From Cetorhinus maximus (lineage: Eukaryota), in the NCBI RefSeq assembly GCF_964194155.1, contig NC_135894.1, positions 24,924,001 to 24,988,000 of the forward strand: a DNA stretch of 64,000 bases. Reading direction: 5' to 3'. A program made the translations under genes and the position numbers. The notes beneath the pieces were generated by a model. The model did not search any database and was not told the DNA's origin. It saw only the letters and a list, made by a program, of their open reading frames with translations. Positions 12,170-24,818 of the stretch are shown here, piece after piece. Positions within the stretch are counted from its first letter, which is position 1, and each line of letters opens with the position of its first letter.

Positions 12170-13432
12170 ATTGCAGTTACTGGTATCACACGAAGACAAG
12201 TGCTTTACAAATAGCCCGGGCAGAAAGGGGCTCTCTCTACATTGCCTCATCTCTTATTGTCCCTGAGCGATGGCAAGGGCTATCCCCTCAATGGTGACAT
12301 TGTACACCATTCCCTACACCATGATGAATCATCTCACCCCCTCTGCTGAGTGTTGCGTGGTTCCTCCAGAGTGACCCAGGCAATGGAGGCACCGTTTCAA
12401 CAGTCTGCCCCATCACATTCCCATTGACAGCATTGGAGGCAGGATGCTTACATGTGTGTAGGTTGTGCAGAATCTGCCACATGGTCAATAGATGGCCCTC
12501 GTCATCCAGTAGCCATCATTTGGTTTGTTGTGGTATCACAGTATCTTAACAGTGCAGAAGGAGGCCATTTGGCCCATCGAGTCTGCACTGGCTCTCTGAA
12601 AGGGCATTCCACCTAGCCACACTCCCCTGCCTTTACCCCGTAAATTGCACATTCTTTCCTTTCAGGTAGCAACCCAATTACTTTTTGAATACCTCAATCG
12701 AACCTGCCACCACCCTTTCAGGAAGTTTGTTCCAGACTCCAACCAACAGTGGTGACCTAAATGCAGCTTATAAACAGACTGCCACAGATGAAGGCATGTT
12801 GACTACTGTCGGGATATCTGGTATTTCCTTGAATTATCTGCTGCCTTTGCTCTCACACTAGCTGGATGTTAAGGGAGTGGAATCCCTTTTGGTTACATGT
12901 TAGGGGCAGTGTTGATGTACAGTGCACACAAAGCGATATGTGTGCAGTCAATGGCACCTTGCACCATGGGGAAGACTACAATCCACACAAAGCTGTGTCC
13001 CCACTGCCTTTCTCTGGCAAGTGAGAATGAAATGCACTTAGCTCTCATTGAATAGAGTGCCTCAGTGACCTCCCTTATGCAACAGACGGCAGCAAACTGG
13101 GAGTTGTTATAATTATCTCCCCTTGCAGCCTGGAAGGAGACAGACATATAAACATTCATTGCTACGGTCACCTTCACAGCTACTGGCAATCCGGTCCTCG
13201 CCCTGCTCCGAGGCTGCAGCAGGTGGCAGCTTCCGGTGAGGACACCCTTACTGAAGCTCAAACATTTCACACATAGTTCCTCACCAAGGTTCAGATAGAA
13301 GGATTGCTCCTGAGCACCCTGGGTGAATATGGCCTCCTGCTGACAGCCTTTCTGGCTTCCTCCTCCCGCTTCTGGTACCTTGTCTTGCTCTGCGTGGCCT
13401 CTGCTCATTCTCCCAGTCACGTTGTATTCCAA
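12170..13432 (-). pseudogene. Harbinger (HARBI1-like) DDE transposase remnant
   Basis: LPVAVKVTVAMN, IREVTEALY, FPMVQGAIDCTHIAL, KGFHSLNIQLVC, RYPDSSQHAFI, WLLDDEGH, ILHNL; stops, frameshifts and a CR1 insertion. Confidence 0.88.
12535..12745 (-). mobile_element. CR1 3' end inserted in the Harbinger transposase
   Basis: GAAGGAGGCCATTTGGCCCATCGAGTCTG, the CR1 3'UTR signature on the opposite strand. Confidence 0.75.
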
Positions 13433-14639
13433 GGGGAATGCCCACTAGTGCACCCATGTCTGTGAGCTACTGGTTTGTGCAGAAGCCTTGAAGTCAATTT
13501 AAACCCTTCAGCACCTGCCGCACCACTCACTGTAGACTCTGGAACTTGAAACGATGATGAAAAGCATAAAAAAAGGTATGGAATTGTTGAGAAGAAATCC
13601 ACCAGTAACCAACCTGTAAGTAGTTGATGATCCTTTTACATAGCACTGGTGGGCAGTCCTGCATTCTGTTTAGCACATGGTCAGCTCAGTGTGGGCTAGA
13701 GCTTGGAGTTTCAAAATGTCAGCACCGGCAGAGAATCATGCAGCGTCACCCACTGATTGACATCATAACCTGCCGACATTGTATACTTCTGTTGGATGCT
13801 CTCCAAACTGACTCAGATGGCCTCAGCAATATGGCATCCAGTGTGACTCACCCCAAAGTGAGCACACACCTTGGATGTCATTTTGAGCATCAAATAGCAC
13901 CTGTAGCGCGCACAGAATGGGTGTTACTGATCCGAGTTTTACACCACTGAACTCTCATACCTTGTCCTCTAGAGATTAGCCCATCTCTCCTGCTAGATAT
14001 CATAGTTTGGCCAGAGCTATCTGCAATTACTTGCTTCATTCTATTTGTGCATTCTTCCTTTTTTAAGAGATTGTTAATAACACGCATTGCTTGACTTTAT
14101 AGCCCCTCTCCATCACTTTCACTGCAGTGTGCTCAAACCTACCTTTGTATCACTGTGTCTACCTCTCCTGTTTGCTATGAATTCCCAAGTAGATTATCAG
14201 CACTGGTTCTTCTCTCACTCTTTGAAATAATTTATCCTCTCCTAAATATCCACGCTTTGGCTCTTATAGACAAATCACAGCTCTACTGTTCTATTGCTAA
14301 CAACAATCTTAGCTATCTGTAAATCCCACCTCCCTGCACTAATGTCCCTGTTCCTCACCACCTTGTTCCTCTTGCTCCACCAAAATCCCTTCTTCCTAAG
14401 CAACATTGCCAATGGTATCATTGGCTTAAACCTTTGACATGGTTACGTTGTGCTCTTCTACCTACCTTCTTTTGCCTCACATGACTGGATCCCAACCCTC
14501 ACTGTCACTTCCTTAAAGCTCTTTATGTCCTCCCTCTGGCTGGTGCCTTTCCCTCTTGCTAGTTGTCTCAATTAAGGTTAGGTGTATAAAGGTGGGCAGC
14601 ATTCATTGGATAATTACTTAAGCACAAATAGAGAGACAC

Positions 14640-15300
14640 CGGTTTCTGCAGCTACATTCATAGCTGGTGTCCCTGGAGAGGGAGCATGCAGTGTCCACTG
14701 GTATGATTAAGGCCATCTGCGACAAATGAGCCTCACAGGAGCTGGGGTGCTTCATCATGCCCATAATGATATTTTGGTTTAGTTAGCTAAGTTTCCTTTG
14801 ACATTTTGTTTTAGTTACAGTGCCCCATCACCCCCAACGCCCACCCACCCCGCCCCCTTTAGTTAGTTTATTTTTTGATCATTCGTTTTATTCAAAAAGA
14901 GTCTATAAATAGGAGATAGCTGGGACGCTGGGTTGATTGGGAGGAGAGCTGTGAGCCTGAACAAGTCAGTCTGGTGCCTCACTCACTCTCTTTAACGCTA
15001 CTGGAGAAAGAAGGAGGAATAATAAAGGGATACTGGCTTCCACAGCTATGTTCACGGCCAGGTGTCCCTGGAGAGGGAGCACACAGTGTCCACTGGTACC
15101 CTTGAGACTTCCAAAGCCGGTGGGCACCCTGGGGGCTGGATTGCATCATCAGTCCTGGCATCACCTTTTTAAGTTTAATTAGTTAAGTTTCCTTAGAAAG
15201 TTTTATTTTTGTTACAGTGCCCCAGCAGGGGCTGTCACCCCTTTTATTAGTTTATTTTAATTGATTTATTGGTTTTCTAAAAGGGCATAAAGAGACACTG
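14640..15300 (+). mobile_element. Two tandem Tx1-like LINE 3' fragments
   Basis: GGTGTCCCTGGAGAGGGAGCA..CAGTGTCCACTGGTA at 14666 and 15061 (VSLEREHxVSTG), each followed by a similar T-rich 3'UTR. Confidence 0.55.
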
Positions 15301-15477
15301 AGGGTGGGCTGTATAGTTAGGAGCCATACATTGGTAAAGATTGACTTTCTGGTTTCCTCCTTCACCAACTGGCTGTCAGAAGTTTAACATCTCTGAGTCT
15401 AGTACCAGCCACGTATCATTGCTCAGGCTTTCAAACTCACCGAGCAGAAGGGAAAGAGACACTTCAAAGGCAACAGC

Positions 15478-15815
15478 AACAGCAACTTGTATTTAAATAG
15501 CATCTTAACACCGGTACCAAGGCACTTTTCAGGAGCATTATAAGACAAAATTTAATAGCTGACCACAAAAGGAGATATTGAGCCAGACTGGTCTGGTCAA
15601 AGAGACAAGTTTTTAGAAGTATCTTGAAGGAGGAAAGCAAGGTATAGAGGCGGTGAGGGGTAGGCAGGGAATTCCAGTGATCAGGACCTAGGCAGCTGAA
15701 GACGAGGCCAGCAATGGTGGAGCGCAGGGGATGCTCAAGAGGCCAGAGTTGGAGGAGTATAGAGAACTCACAGAGTTGTAAGCGTGGAGGAAGTTACAGG
15801 GATAGGGAGGAGAGA
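15478..15815 (-). mobile_element. L2-like LINE 3' fragment
   Basis: CAACTTGTATTTAAATAGC end; similar to 33310-33640. Confidence 0.6.
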
Positions 15816-16021
15816 GGCAAAAAGAATCCTTTGACTGTATACCTCACGGAAATGGTGAAAAGGAAAATTCACAGCCCAATTATTTCAGTGAGATTGCACA
15901 GCCAGGAACCTTGACCTCTGCCTCCAAAAACTTCTCTTCTTTACCTGCACTGGTTTTAAATCAGACTAACTGTTGTTGCTGGAGACCAAAGAATATAAAA
16001 AGATGACCTGTAACTGCACAT

Positions 16022-16697
16022 TCTGTGGCTCAGTTGGTGGTACTCTCACATCAGACTCAGAAATTAGTGGTTCAAAGTCCTAGTCTAGCAACATTAGCAC
16101 ATAATCTAGCCTGACACTCCAGTGCAGTAGCGAGGGAGTTCTGCACTGTCGGAGGTGCCGTCTTCCAGATCAGATTTTAAACCAAGGACTCTGCATCCGG
16201 CCTCTCAGATGAACGTAAAAGATTCCACAGTATTATTTCAAAGAAGAGCATCACTGAATATTACTGAAAAAACAGACCTTCTGTTGAAGCTTTACATTTT
16301 ACACTTATTAGGACAGACACAAGAATGCAAAATTTCAAAGGGAACAACAATTTATGCTACACGAGCACCCCTTTTCTCATGCAGTATAAAGTGTTGTTTC
16401 CTTTGAAATTTGGCATTGTTACATTTTTTCTGATGAGTGCATGACAACATGTTTTGACAGCATGTCTCTCTTTTCAGCAATACTGAAGTTCTACCTGGTG
16501 TCCAGACCAATATCACTAAAACAGATCTGATCATTATCACAGCTCTGTTCATGGGAGCTTGCTGTGTGCAAATTGGCTGCAGTGCTTCTGACAGTACAAC
16601 AGTGATTACCCTTCAAAAGTATTTCATGGACTGTAGAGTGCTTTGGGACATCCTGATGTCATGAAAGGTGCTATAGAAATGCAAGTCTTTCTTTCCC
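16022..16697 (+). mobile_element. SacSINE1/DeuSINE-like SINE, split by a palindromic insert
   Basis: TGGCTCAGTTGG head, CTGACACTCCAGTGCAGTA..CTGCACTGTCGGAGGTGCCGTCTT core, GCTATAGAAATGCAAGTCTTTC tail. Confidence 0.85.
16256..16485. mobile_element. Fold-back insert, probably inverted ends of a second Penelope family
   Basis: Two ~110-bp imperfect inverted arms; CTGATGAGTGC at 16430-16440. Confidence 0.6.
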
Positions 16698-17504
16698 TGA
16701 AAAATGCTTTTGGGCCCATTTCCCAGGCCAATAATGTTATCTGTTTTCTCCGTTATACAGCTGTCCTGGGCCTGATAGGCCCTGTTAGTGAAATGGGCTC
16801 GTCGGTTTCACTGTTAAGCAGACTCACCAATAGCCCAAAGCCGACAAAATGAGATTCTCAACATTGACACTTGTGAAGGTTCCACTGGCTGCTCATGCCA
16901 TCACAACTGTGATTGGCTGGCTTTCAGCTAATGAAATCAATCTGCACAAAGTTAATCCTAGTGAAAAGGTGTTCAGTATCATTGTAGGTAAAGAAAGCAA
17001 TCATTGTCAATATTGAATTGGGGCTAGCTTGGCTTTGCTGTTCCAAATTGGGATGAAATTGACTAAACCAATTTTAAAGAGGATTGCAACAAGGTAATCA
17101 TTGGACACAGAATTTGGAGACTTGCTGAGGTAATTTTCACCTTGTGCTATTGTGTAAAATAGATGGTAACAAATTGAAGTTCCAGTTTACACCACTACTG
17201 ACTTTCATTTGTGTTGACTTCAATGCTTTCTTGAGAGTTGCCATACAATATCCCCATTTTAAGGAGCGTCATTCTGTCAGTTTCTTGCCTCAGAGAGGCA
17301 ATCCCAGGGTGGCTTCAGGAGGATCAAAGCCATTCACTACAGGCATGTGTCATGCCACCTTTGCAGCATCCCAGCACACAAGCCAAGCACCACCATAATG
17401 GGAACCATCCACATACTAAGCAAAGCGGATGAGCATTTATGGATGTAAGGGCTAGTGTACTGTGCTACCTCTTGGATATGGATGGGAAGCCATCAAAGTT
17501 CATT

Positions 17505-18030
17505 AACAGAATCAGGGAATTGTTATAGAGCAGGCAGAGGCCATTCAGCCCATCATGTCTTCACCGGCTCTCCGAATGAGCAATTCACTTAGTGCTATTC
17601 TCCTACCTTCTCCCCATAACCCTGCACATTCTTCCTTTTCAGGTAATTCCCTTTTGAATGCTTTGATTGAGCTGCACCCACCACACTCTCAGGCAGAGTA
17701 TTCTAGACCTTAACCACTCGCTGCGTGAAAATGTTTTTTCTCAAATCGCTTTTGTTTCTTTTGCCAATTACTTTAAATCTGTGCCCTCTCGTTCTTGATC
17801 CTTTCACCAGCGAGAACAGTTTCTCCCTATCTACTCTGTCCAGAGTGTCAGGTGAAGTCATTGTGAGTGGTAGACAGGTGGCTCCACCATTTGATAAGAT
17901 CATGGCTGATCTGATCATGGCCTCAACTCTACTTCCCTCTCTACCCAATAAACCCTTTGACTCTCTTGTTAGTCAGGAATTTGTCTAACTCGGCCTTAAA
18001 AATATTCAATGACCCTGCCTGCACTGCTTT
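17505..18030 (-). mobile_element. Two adjacent CR1 3' fragments
   Basis: LDRVDREKLF...SRTRGHRFKVIG...NIFTQRVV; second 3'UTR from ~17870. Confidence 0.85.
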
Positions 18031-20059
18031 GACACATCTTCTATTGAAGTGTAGGTTGTTGTAAATGTATTTCTCGAAGATGGAGAACTAGCTCAGGTGT
18101 GGAGGGGATAGCTTAAAATACTTTGGTGTCTTGTAAAAGCCCTATCAAACATGCTTTTGCCTATTGGCCCCATAAACATTCCCAAGAAGGTGGTATAAAG
18201 GCAATTCCCAATGTGTAGAGAGAGGAAGGTTTTGTGTTCTATTAAATAAGCACCAATAGAGTAACACTTAAGTTTATAGATTTGAATTGTTTTATGAGCT
18301 GCTTTATGAGTGCGGTTCTCAGTTTTAATGACTTTTTAAGGGTCTAACTGTTATATGAGCCTTTTTTGTAAATTGAGATATATGTTTATCGAGGTGAAGG
18401 AGCAATTGCTTGTTTCTTCAACGAAACAAGTCAACATTAAAATAAATACAACACTCCAAAACATATTAAGGTGCGTGAAGCGTAATGTACCATTTATATA
18501 TTTCACTTTACCACAAACAGAAAAAAATGCTTCCTATCTTCAGCACAAAATAAATTGCATTCGCATAATGTTCTTTTACAATAACTATTTACTTTAGTAC
18601 CATTCTGAACACAAATGCATTAAGTCTGAAAGTGTGTTTATGCAGGATATATATACATAAATAGAGAGATACATTAGAGAGCTATGGTTACGTTGGAAGA
18701 TAGATAAATGATAGATGTGGCAAAATATCTAGATGGTTGTCAGATAGAGACATTTGGTGATTTGTGAATAAGTAGATAAAATATCTAGTTAGATACTGGG
18801 ATGGATACATAGACAGATGTTCCTGGTAAAATATCCACAGTTAAACAGACTTTCAATGGAACCCAGCAGTAGAGAGGTTAATATTGGCCTCCTTTCTGTC
18901 ACACCTTGCAGTGTGATGATGAAAAGTTGTTTGCTGTCAAGGGACAAACGTGTAGCTTGAAATCAGCTGTCATCATCAATCGCGGCATCTTGGGGGCTGT
19001 AGCGAGATTGTGGTTATCAGGAAGGCCAGAAGGCTTTTATTTGGTAGTTCTTAATGATTTACTGAATGGCAGCCTAAATTAGACTCAGTTTGTTGAGTCA
19101 GAGCTGATTGGAGGAACAGTAATGTTGTGCTGTCTTTGCCGAGAGGTGTTTGACTGTCACTTCCCTTGTACATGGTGTCATCATGTCACCATTCTAGCTG
19201 CTGTTCCTCCACAGTGGGGAGCACAGTGCCTTATAAACTAAAGCCTTTGTTGCCTGCAAAATGCCTATGGGCGCTCCAGTTGGCACTTCAGGGCATCTTC
19301 TTCAAAAGAGAGAAGTCCAGAGTGCTTGGGAAGAGGTAGCCCATTCCATGCCAATGCTGTGCCCATCATACAGGAAACTCGGTTCCAAATGTGAAAGCTG
19401 TTTGCAAACCTGAATGGACCTGCCAAGGTAAGGCTGCCCACCATTATCATATACAGTACCAAGTGGGTAGGCAAAGTATCTTTGCCCCAAACTGTTTCCT
19501 CCCATCTCCAGAGGCTCCTGGTCACCACGTTTCCTCCTAATACTGAGAAACAACTAGTAGAGCACATAATTGGGATGTAGAACACATAAACCATGCCCTG
19601 TGATCGGCCAATCAACTTGGTCCGATTTAGAACCAACTTGACCCTACAGTTTCTATCTGCTAGTGAAGAAGATGTCAGCACATCCAACCTTTCGCCTTGT
19701 ACCAGCTTCACTTGCATTTCAGGCTACACCATGAGCTGACTTGAGAGTCAGTAATGGAGGAGCTAATTTACATGTCCTGTCCCCTCTTCCACTAAACTCT
19801 TAGAAGTAGTCCCAACACTCCGTTTCTCTGTGACATTGAAAAGAAGGATTCAGCTGTTTTTCTTGTTATATAAACATTTCCCCCATGGTTTGATTAAAAA
19901 CGCAAGTAAAATTTCAAACTACAAAAGAAAGAGAGGCCATTCAATCCATCGTGGCTGTGCTGACTCTTTGCTGGAACTTTCCAATTAGTCCCACTCCTCT
20001 GCTCCATCCACTTAGACCTGCATTTTCTTCCTTTTCATGTATTTATTCAATTCCTTTTT

Positions 20060-22815
20060 TTCTCTTGACATTCAGAAGCCTGAACTTTTGATTCTTTGGG
20101 CCCATCCTTCATTGAAACAGTGCTTTCTACTGCTGGATTACAAATAGCCTTGGATTTCGCTGGTCCATTATCAATTTCAATAGACTTGCCTACCATCGCT
20201 GGAGTTGGTCGCACTCTATCTCCCACGAGGTCATTTCCTAGTTTGAAATAGGTATTATTAATAGGCAATTTTGGCACTACTCCAACAATAACACACCCAT
20301 TGACTAAAGCACAGTTTAAATTTGCCCTACGCAATGGAACAGGTAAACAATTTTCATCAATGCCCTGTATCAATACACTTTTATTTAATGAATTCTTTGG
20401 AGGGAAATTCACATCTTTTGCTGACATCAAACTCTGAGCTGACCCCATATCTCAAGGGATGACAATCTTTTTGGCCCATTTACCAGACAAAAATGGAGTT
20501 ACTACACCATCAAATATAAAAACTCCCATAATCCTTTATGTCCTGATTTACACCAACTGCAAATACATTAGATGGTATTGGTTTCTCACAAGCCTTACTC
20601 ACTGGTATGGCATTTTCTGGAGAAACACTAGAAATGCCCACAAAAACTACTGGCTTCGCTTTCAACTTCCAGAACATACCCTGCTCGGTCTCCTTGAATC
20701 ATATTTGTTTTCCACACTGTCTCATTTGCTACTCTGAGAAGCATCTGTATTTTCATTTCCACTATCCCACCCATTGTAATTAGTGTTCTGTTCACTATCA
20801 ACTCGTTTCTCTCTCCAGCATCTGTGTGGGTTTTCAAAGCTTTGCTGCCATCCGTGCGTTTGTACGATACTTTGTAACGATCAGCTAAAAATATGGCTTC
20901 CCTTAATTTGGAAACTTTACGGTCTTCCTGGTTCCCACAGGAATACTGTTCTTAAATTGTTCCAGGAACAACACCTCTCCAAGGTTTTCAAAATCTTGAT
21001 CACGTTTCTTCACCTTATACCATGGCTGAAACACCATTTCATTTTCTCTAGCAAATTTCACATTCTGATTCTGTCTCTTCCTCAGATTTCTAAATGTTTG
21101 CCGATAGGCTTCTGGCCAACTCATACACATTAAGCACAACAGTCTTAACTGGGTGGTAATCTGCAGACTGTTCATCAGAAAGTGTTGAATTAACTTCCAA
21201 CGCTTTCCCAGCCAAAATATTTTAATGAAATCATTTGAATTTCTTCTGGTTGCTATGACTTTGGAGCAATTTTTCTCAAATGATGCATTTCAATTCCTCC
21301 CTCACTGAATTTAGGCACAAGGTGGATATTCCTTGCCAAATCAAGACCATGGCCAGGATTTTCCGGTCCCTCTGTGGCGGGAGCCACTGCGGGAGATATG
21401 GCGGGCCAGCCAAAAGCCCATTGGCTTTCGGCAGGACTGGACCATCCCAACGGCAGGCGAGGCTGGAAAATCCCGCCCCATGAGTTAAATCTGACCCTTC
21501 ATCAAATCTGCCTGAAGCTCCATGTTCACATAATCAAAGCCCTTGCTCTGTCCAGTTCAAATTTTCCAGCTTCCCTCTCTCTTTGCAGCTCAATACTTTA
21601 CCTCTTTGAAATTCTAATTCAAGTTTTCGTAGTTCTCTGTCTTACTCTCATTTTCCTCTCTTTTGAGTTCAATGTTTTTCACTTCTCTTTCTCTTTTGAG
21701 CTCAAGGTGATTCATTTGTAAACAAATCCTAGCCAACTCCATCTGCGTTTTATCTGGATTAGTCTTTTCTTCCCCAAGGTTCAAGCATTGAACCAGTACC
21801 TCAACTACCTCTGCTTTTTTGGCATCTACTTCTAAATCTCTTTCCAACTTTTCTGCCATCGCTTTTACATTAGCCTTTGTTAATTGTTGCAAGGCACTCC
21901 ATGTTTTTCAAGGCAAGTTTCAGCAATAGATATAACTTCTCAATAAATACAGCAGAAGTCATTGTGAAATCTTGTGCATGTAGACGATAGCTGATCAGTG
22001 TACTCATTTCAGCCTTGTGGATTCAAAATCCCGCAAGAGACCAATAACGTTTAAAATCAAATTCGAACTTTCAGTTAATAGCTGAAAAGGCTGACACAAC
22101 AAGATTGAGCGTTTTAAGATTTTTACTGTAACAAATGGCTAAAACCACTATTAACTAAACATTATTTTTAGGCAACTTATAATTTAAACTATAGGAAGAA
22201 ATATCCCTCTTTTATACTTATCATACATCGCATTCGCCACAGAATTACAGACCTTATAGCAGACAGTCCACAGTCAGCTCCCAGCTTCCAATGGGTTCAC
22301 TTTTTCCAAGTTCACTGAGTAGTAACTTTGAGTGAACATCTGTAGCTGCTTCACTCAGTTTTCAGAGAATTTCCCAAATCCGATACCAGCAGTAAAACCT
22401 GGTCTGATAATTCTTCTTCCCTCCCCCAGCCACACCAGGATGAATCTCCTGGATTTCTTAGATGCCTGTGGAATGTGCCTTTTCAGATCGGGGCTATCTC
22501 TCCCACACCTGGCTTCAGTAACTCACAATGAACCTGCAGCTCCTTCTCTCTGCTGACCACACCAACTGCTGTTCTTTTCCTCTCTCTCTTTTCTCTCCTA
22601 CCCAAAAACTAAGAGCCAGCAAACCTATTTACTGTTAGCAGAGCTGCCCTTGCCCTTTGCTCCTAGATGTGAGAACTTTGCACCTTGCACAGCCGGTCCC
22701 CTGGCTCAGCCAGGCTTGTTGCCAGGCGGAATTCAGATCAGTCACATGGCCCCCTTCATTTTATTCTAAATATAAAGACACAGTCCAATAACCTTATAAA
22801 CCTCATAATTGTAAC
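20060..22815 (-). mobile_element. Gypsy (Gmr1-like) LTR retrotransposon 5' remnant: probable LTR, SCAN-like gag, protease
   Basis: IHLVPKFSEG, PEAYRQTFRNLRK, EVLFLEQFKNSIP; protease DMGSAQSL...VPL...VIVGVVPKLP...LGNDLVG; degenerate tRNA-Pro-like PBS ~22028-22044; LTR ~22045-22815 inferred. Confidence 0.82.
21351..21478. mobile_element. 128-bp Harbinger-like MITE nested in gag
   Basis: TIRs GGCCAGGATTTTCC / GGAAAATCCCGCCC; 3-bp TSD CAT; related copy ending ~44652. Confidence 0.8.
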
Positions 22816-23030
22816 TAAATAGTTTCCCCTGTTTACCACATTAAAACCCTTCATAATTCTGAACAACTCTATTACATCTTTCCTTAGCCTCTGTGCTCTA
22901 AGGTGAACAGTCTCAGCTTCTCTAATCTCTTGAGGTGAACTTCCTCGCCCTTAGTACAATTCTATTAGGTCTCCCCTTCACTCACTCCAAGGCCTTGACA
23001 TCCTTCCTAAAGTGCTGCCCATCATTTATT
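22815..23030 (-). mobile_element. CR1 fragment
   Basis: CTCCAAGGCCTTGACATCCTTCCTAAAGTG = reverse of HFRKDVKALE. Confidence 0.65.
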
Positions 23031-23279
23031 AAGATTTGATTCAACTTCTTTTGAACTATGGAGCCTATTCAAAGATCAGGAGAGGTTTCCCAAGGCCCTT
23101 GTTTGCTTACTCCGATTGTGACAGGAATGCTTGAGCAGGCGGGAACACTGGACAACTAATGAAATGGCCTCGCACTTCATCAATCCTGCTGGTCAGAAGA
23201 GCTGCAGTTTAACGAGGCAATTAATTAATGCTGCACCAGTTCACTATGTACAATGCTTGTATGCCGATGGTCAGGCAGT

Positions 23280-24818
23280 AAGGAAGAATTTAATGTCCTA
23301 CCCTGTGGTGAGATTGGTGGCAGGAGGGGCATTTAATCAGAGGGGAGGGTGGTGGGTGATCACCCTGGCACCTTCCGGCCTCCACTCTGATTAAGCCCAT
23401 GGCGGGAAGGCCCATAGACTGCCCTCCCGACCTGCTGCCAATTGAGGCTCCAAAGTGGGCAATTAATGCCCAGTTAAGGGCTTCATCCTGCCAGCACTGG
23501 TATTAATTCAGCAGCGGGCGGGAGGTTTTGTCATGCAGGGAGCACGACAAGCAAACCCATGCAGGGTTTCTTGCAGGCTCTCGGGGTGGCCGCTCCTCAT
23601 TCAAAGGCATTCAGTTCCTGATCGAGGGACACAACATTGTGAAGGGGGGGAGCCTGCTGAGAGACCCCATCCCCCACTTCTTCCACGACTATCACACCGT
23701 TCCCACCATCACTCATCTGTGGCCTGGGACCCAGCGACGAACCTAGGCTTTGGGTGGGTGTTGTACCGGCAGCAACCACTGCCTCCCCGGTGTTGCTGTA
23801 TTTTATAATTCGTTCATGGCATGTGGGCGTTGCTGGCTAGGTCAGCATTTATTACCCATCCTTAATTGCCCTTGAGAAGGTGGTGGTGAGCTGCCTTCTT
23901 GATCTGCTGCATATGGCGTAGGTACACTCACAGTGCTGTTAGGAAGGGAGTTCCAGGAAATTGACCCAGGGACATTGAAGGAACGGTGATATATTTCCAA
24001 GTCAGGATGCTGAGTGGCTTGGAGGGGAACTTCCAGGTGGTGGTGTATCTGCTGCTCTTGCCCTTTCAGGTGGTAGAGATTGCAGGTTTGGAAGGTTCTG
24101 TTGAAGGAGTCTTGGTGAATTCCTGCAGTGTATCTTGTAGATGGTACACACTGCTGCTACTGTGCGTCAGTGATGGAGGGAATGATTGTTGAAGATGGTG
24201 GATTGGGTGATAATCAAGCGGGCTGCTTTGTCCTGAATGACATCAAGCTTCTTGAGGTAAGTGGGAAGTATTCCATCACACCCCTGACTTGTGCCTTGTA
24301 GATGGTGGACAGGCTTTAGGGAGTCAGGAGGTGAGTTACTCACCTCAGAATGCCCAGCCTCTGACCTGCTCTTGTAGCTGCAGTATTTATATGGCTAGTC
24401 CAGTTCAGTTTCTGGTCAATGGTAACCTCCAGGATGTTGATAGTGGGGGATTCAGTGATGGTGATGCCATTGAATGTCAAGGGGCGATTATTGGATTCTC
24501 TTTTGTTGAAGGTAATCATTGCCTGGCACTGTGTGGCGTGAATGTTACTTCCCACTGATCATCCCAAGCCTGAATGCTGCCCGCATCTTGCTGTATATGA
24601 GCACGGGCTGCTTCTGTTCAAAGTGCTGCTGTTCAATAGAATTGCCAGCCAGAGACTGGCCTCCGGTGTCCTTGATCTAGGGAAGGTTCACCATTGTCCT
24701 GTTAAGTGCCTGAGTCCCATTTAATACAGTGGGCTTCCCTAAAAGAGGTGACATGGGGCTCTCAATTGCTTTCCAGCCAGCGAGCAACACCCCTGTTGCC
24801 TCCTTTAAATAACACCCT
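23280..24818. mobile_element. Harbinger-like MITE interrupted by a LINE
   Basis: GC-rich MITE-like sequence at 23280-23800 resumes at ~24615-24818. Confidence 0.45.
23803..24615 (-). mobile_element. CR1-group LINE 3' fragment (second family)
   Basis: CQAMITFNKRESN...ITESPTINILEVTIDQKLNWTSHINT. Confidence 0.88.

Larger units (their letters stand above)
9950..13950. mobile_element. Decayed autonomous-type PIF/Harbinger DNA transposon
   Basis: Convergent Myb/SANT-like and HARBI1-like DDE remnants; TIRs not clearly resolved, so ends are approximate. Confidence 0.8.

Noticed and set aside
12893-13432. Host HARBI1 gene
   Set aside because: Stops, frameshifts, a CR1 insertion and a linked Myb remnant indicate a dead transposon, not the domesticated gene.
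16022-16095. tRNA-like sequences (also at 7175, 9310, 35000 and 62700)
   Set aside because: SINE heads with A/B boxes that continue into SINE bodies; no complete cloverleaf.
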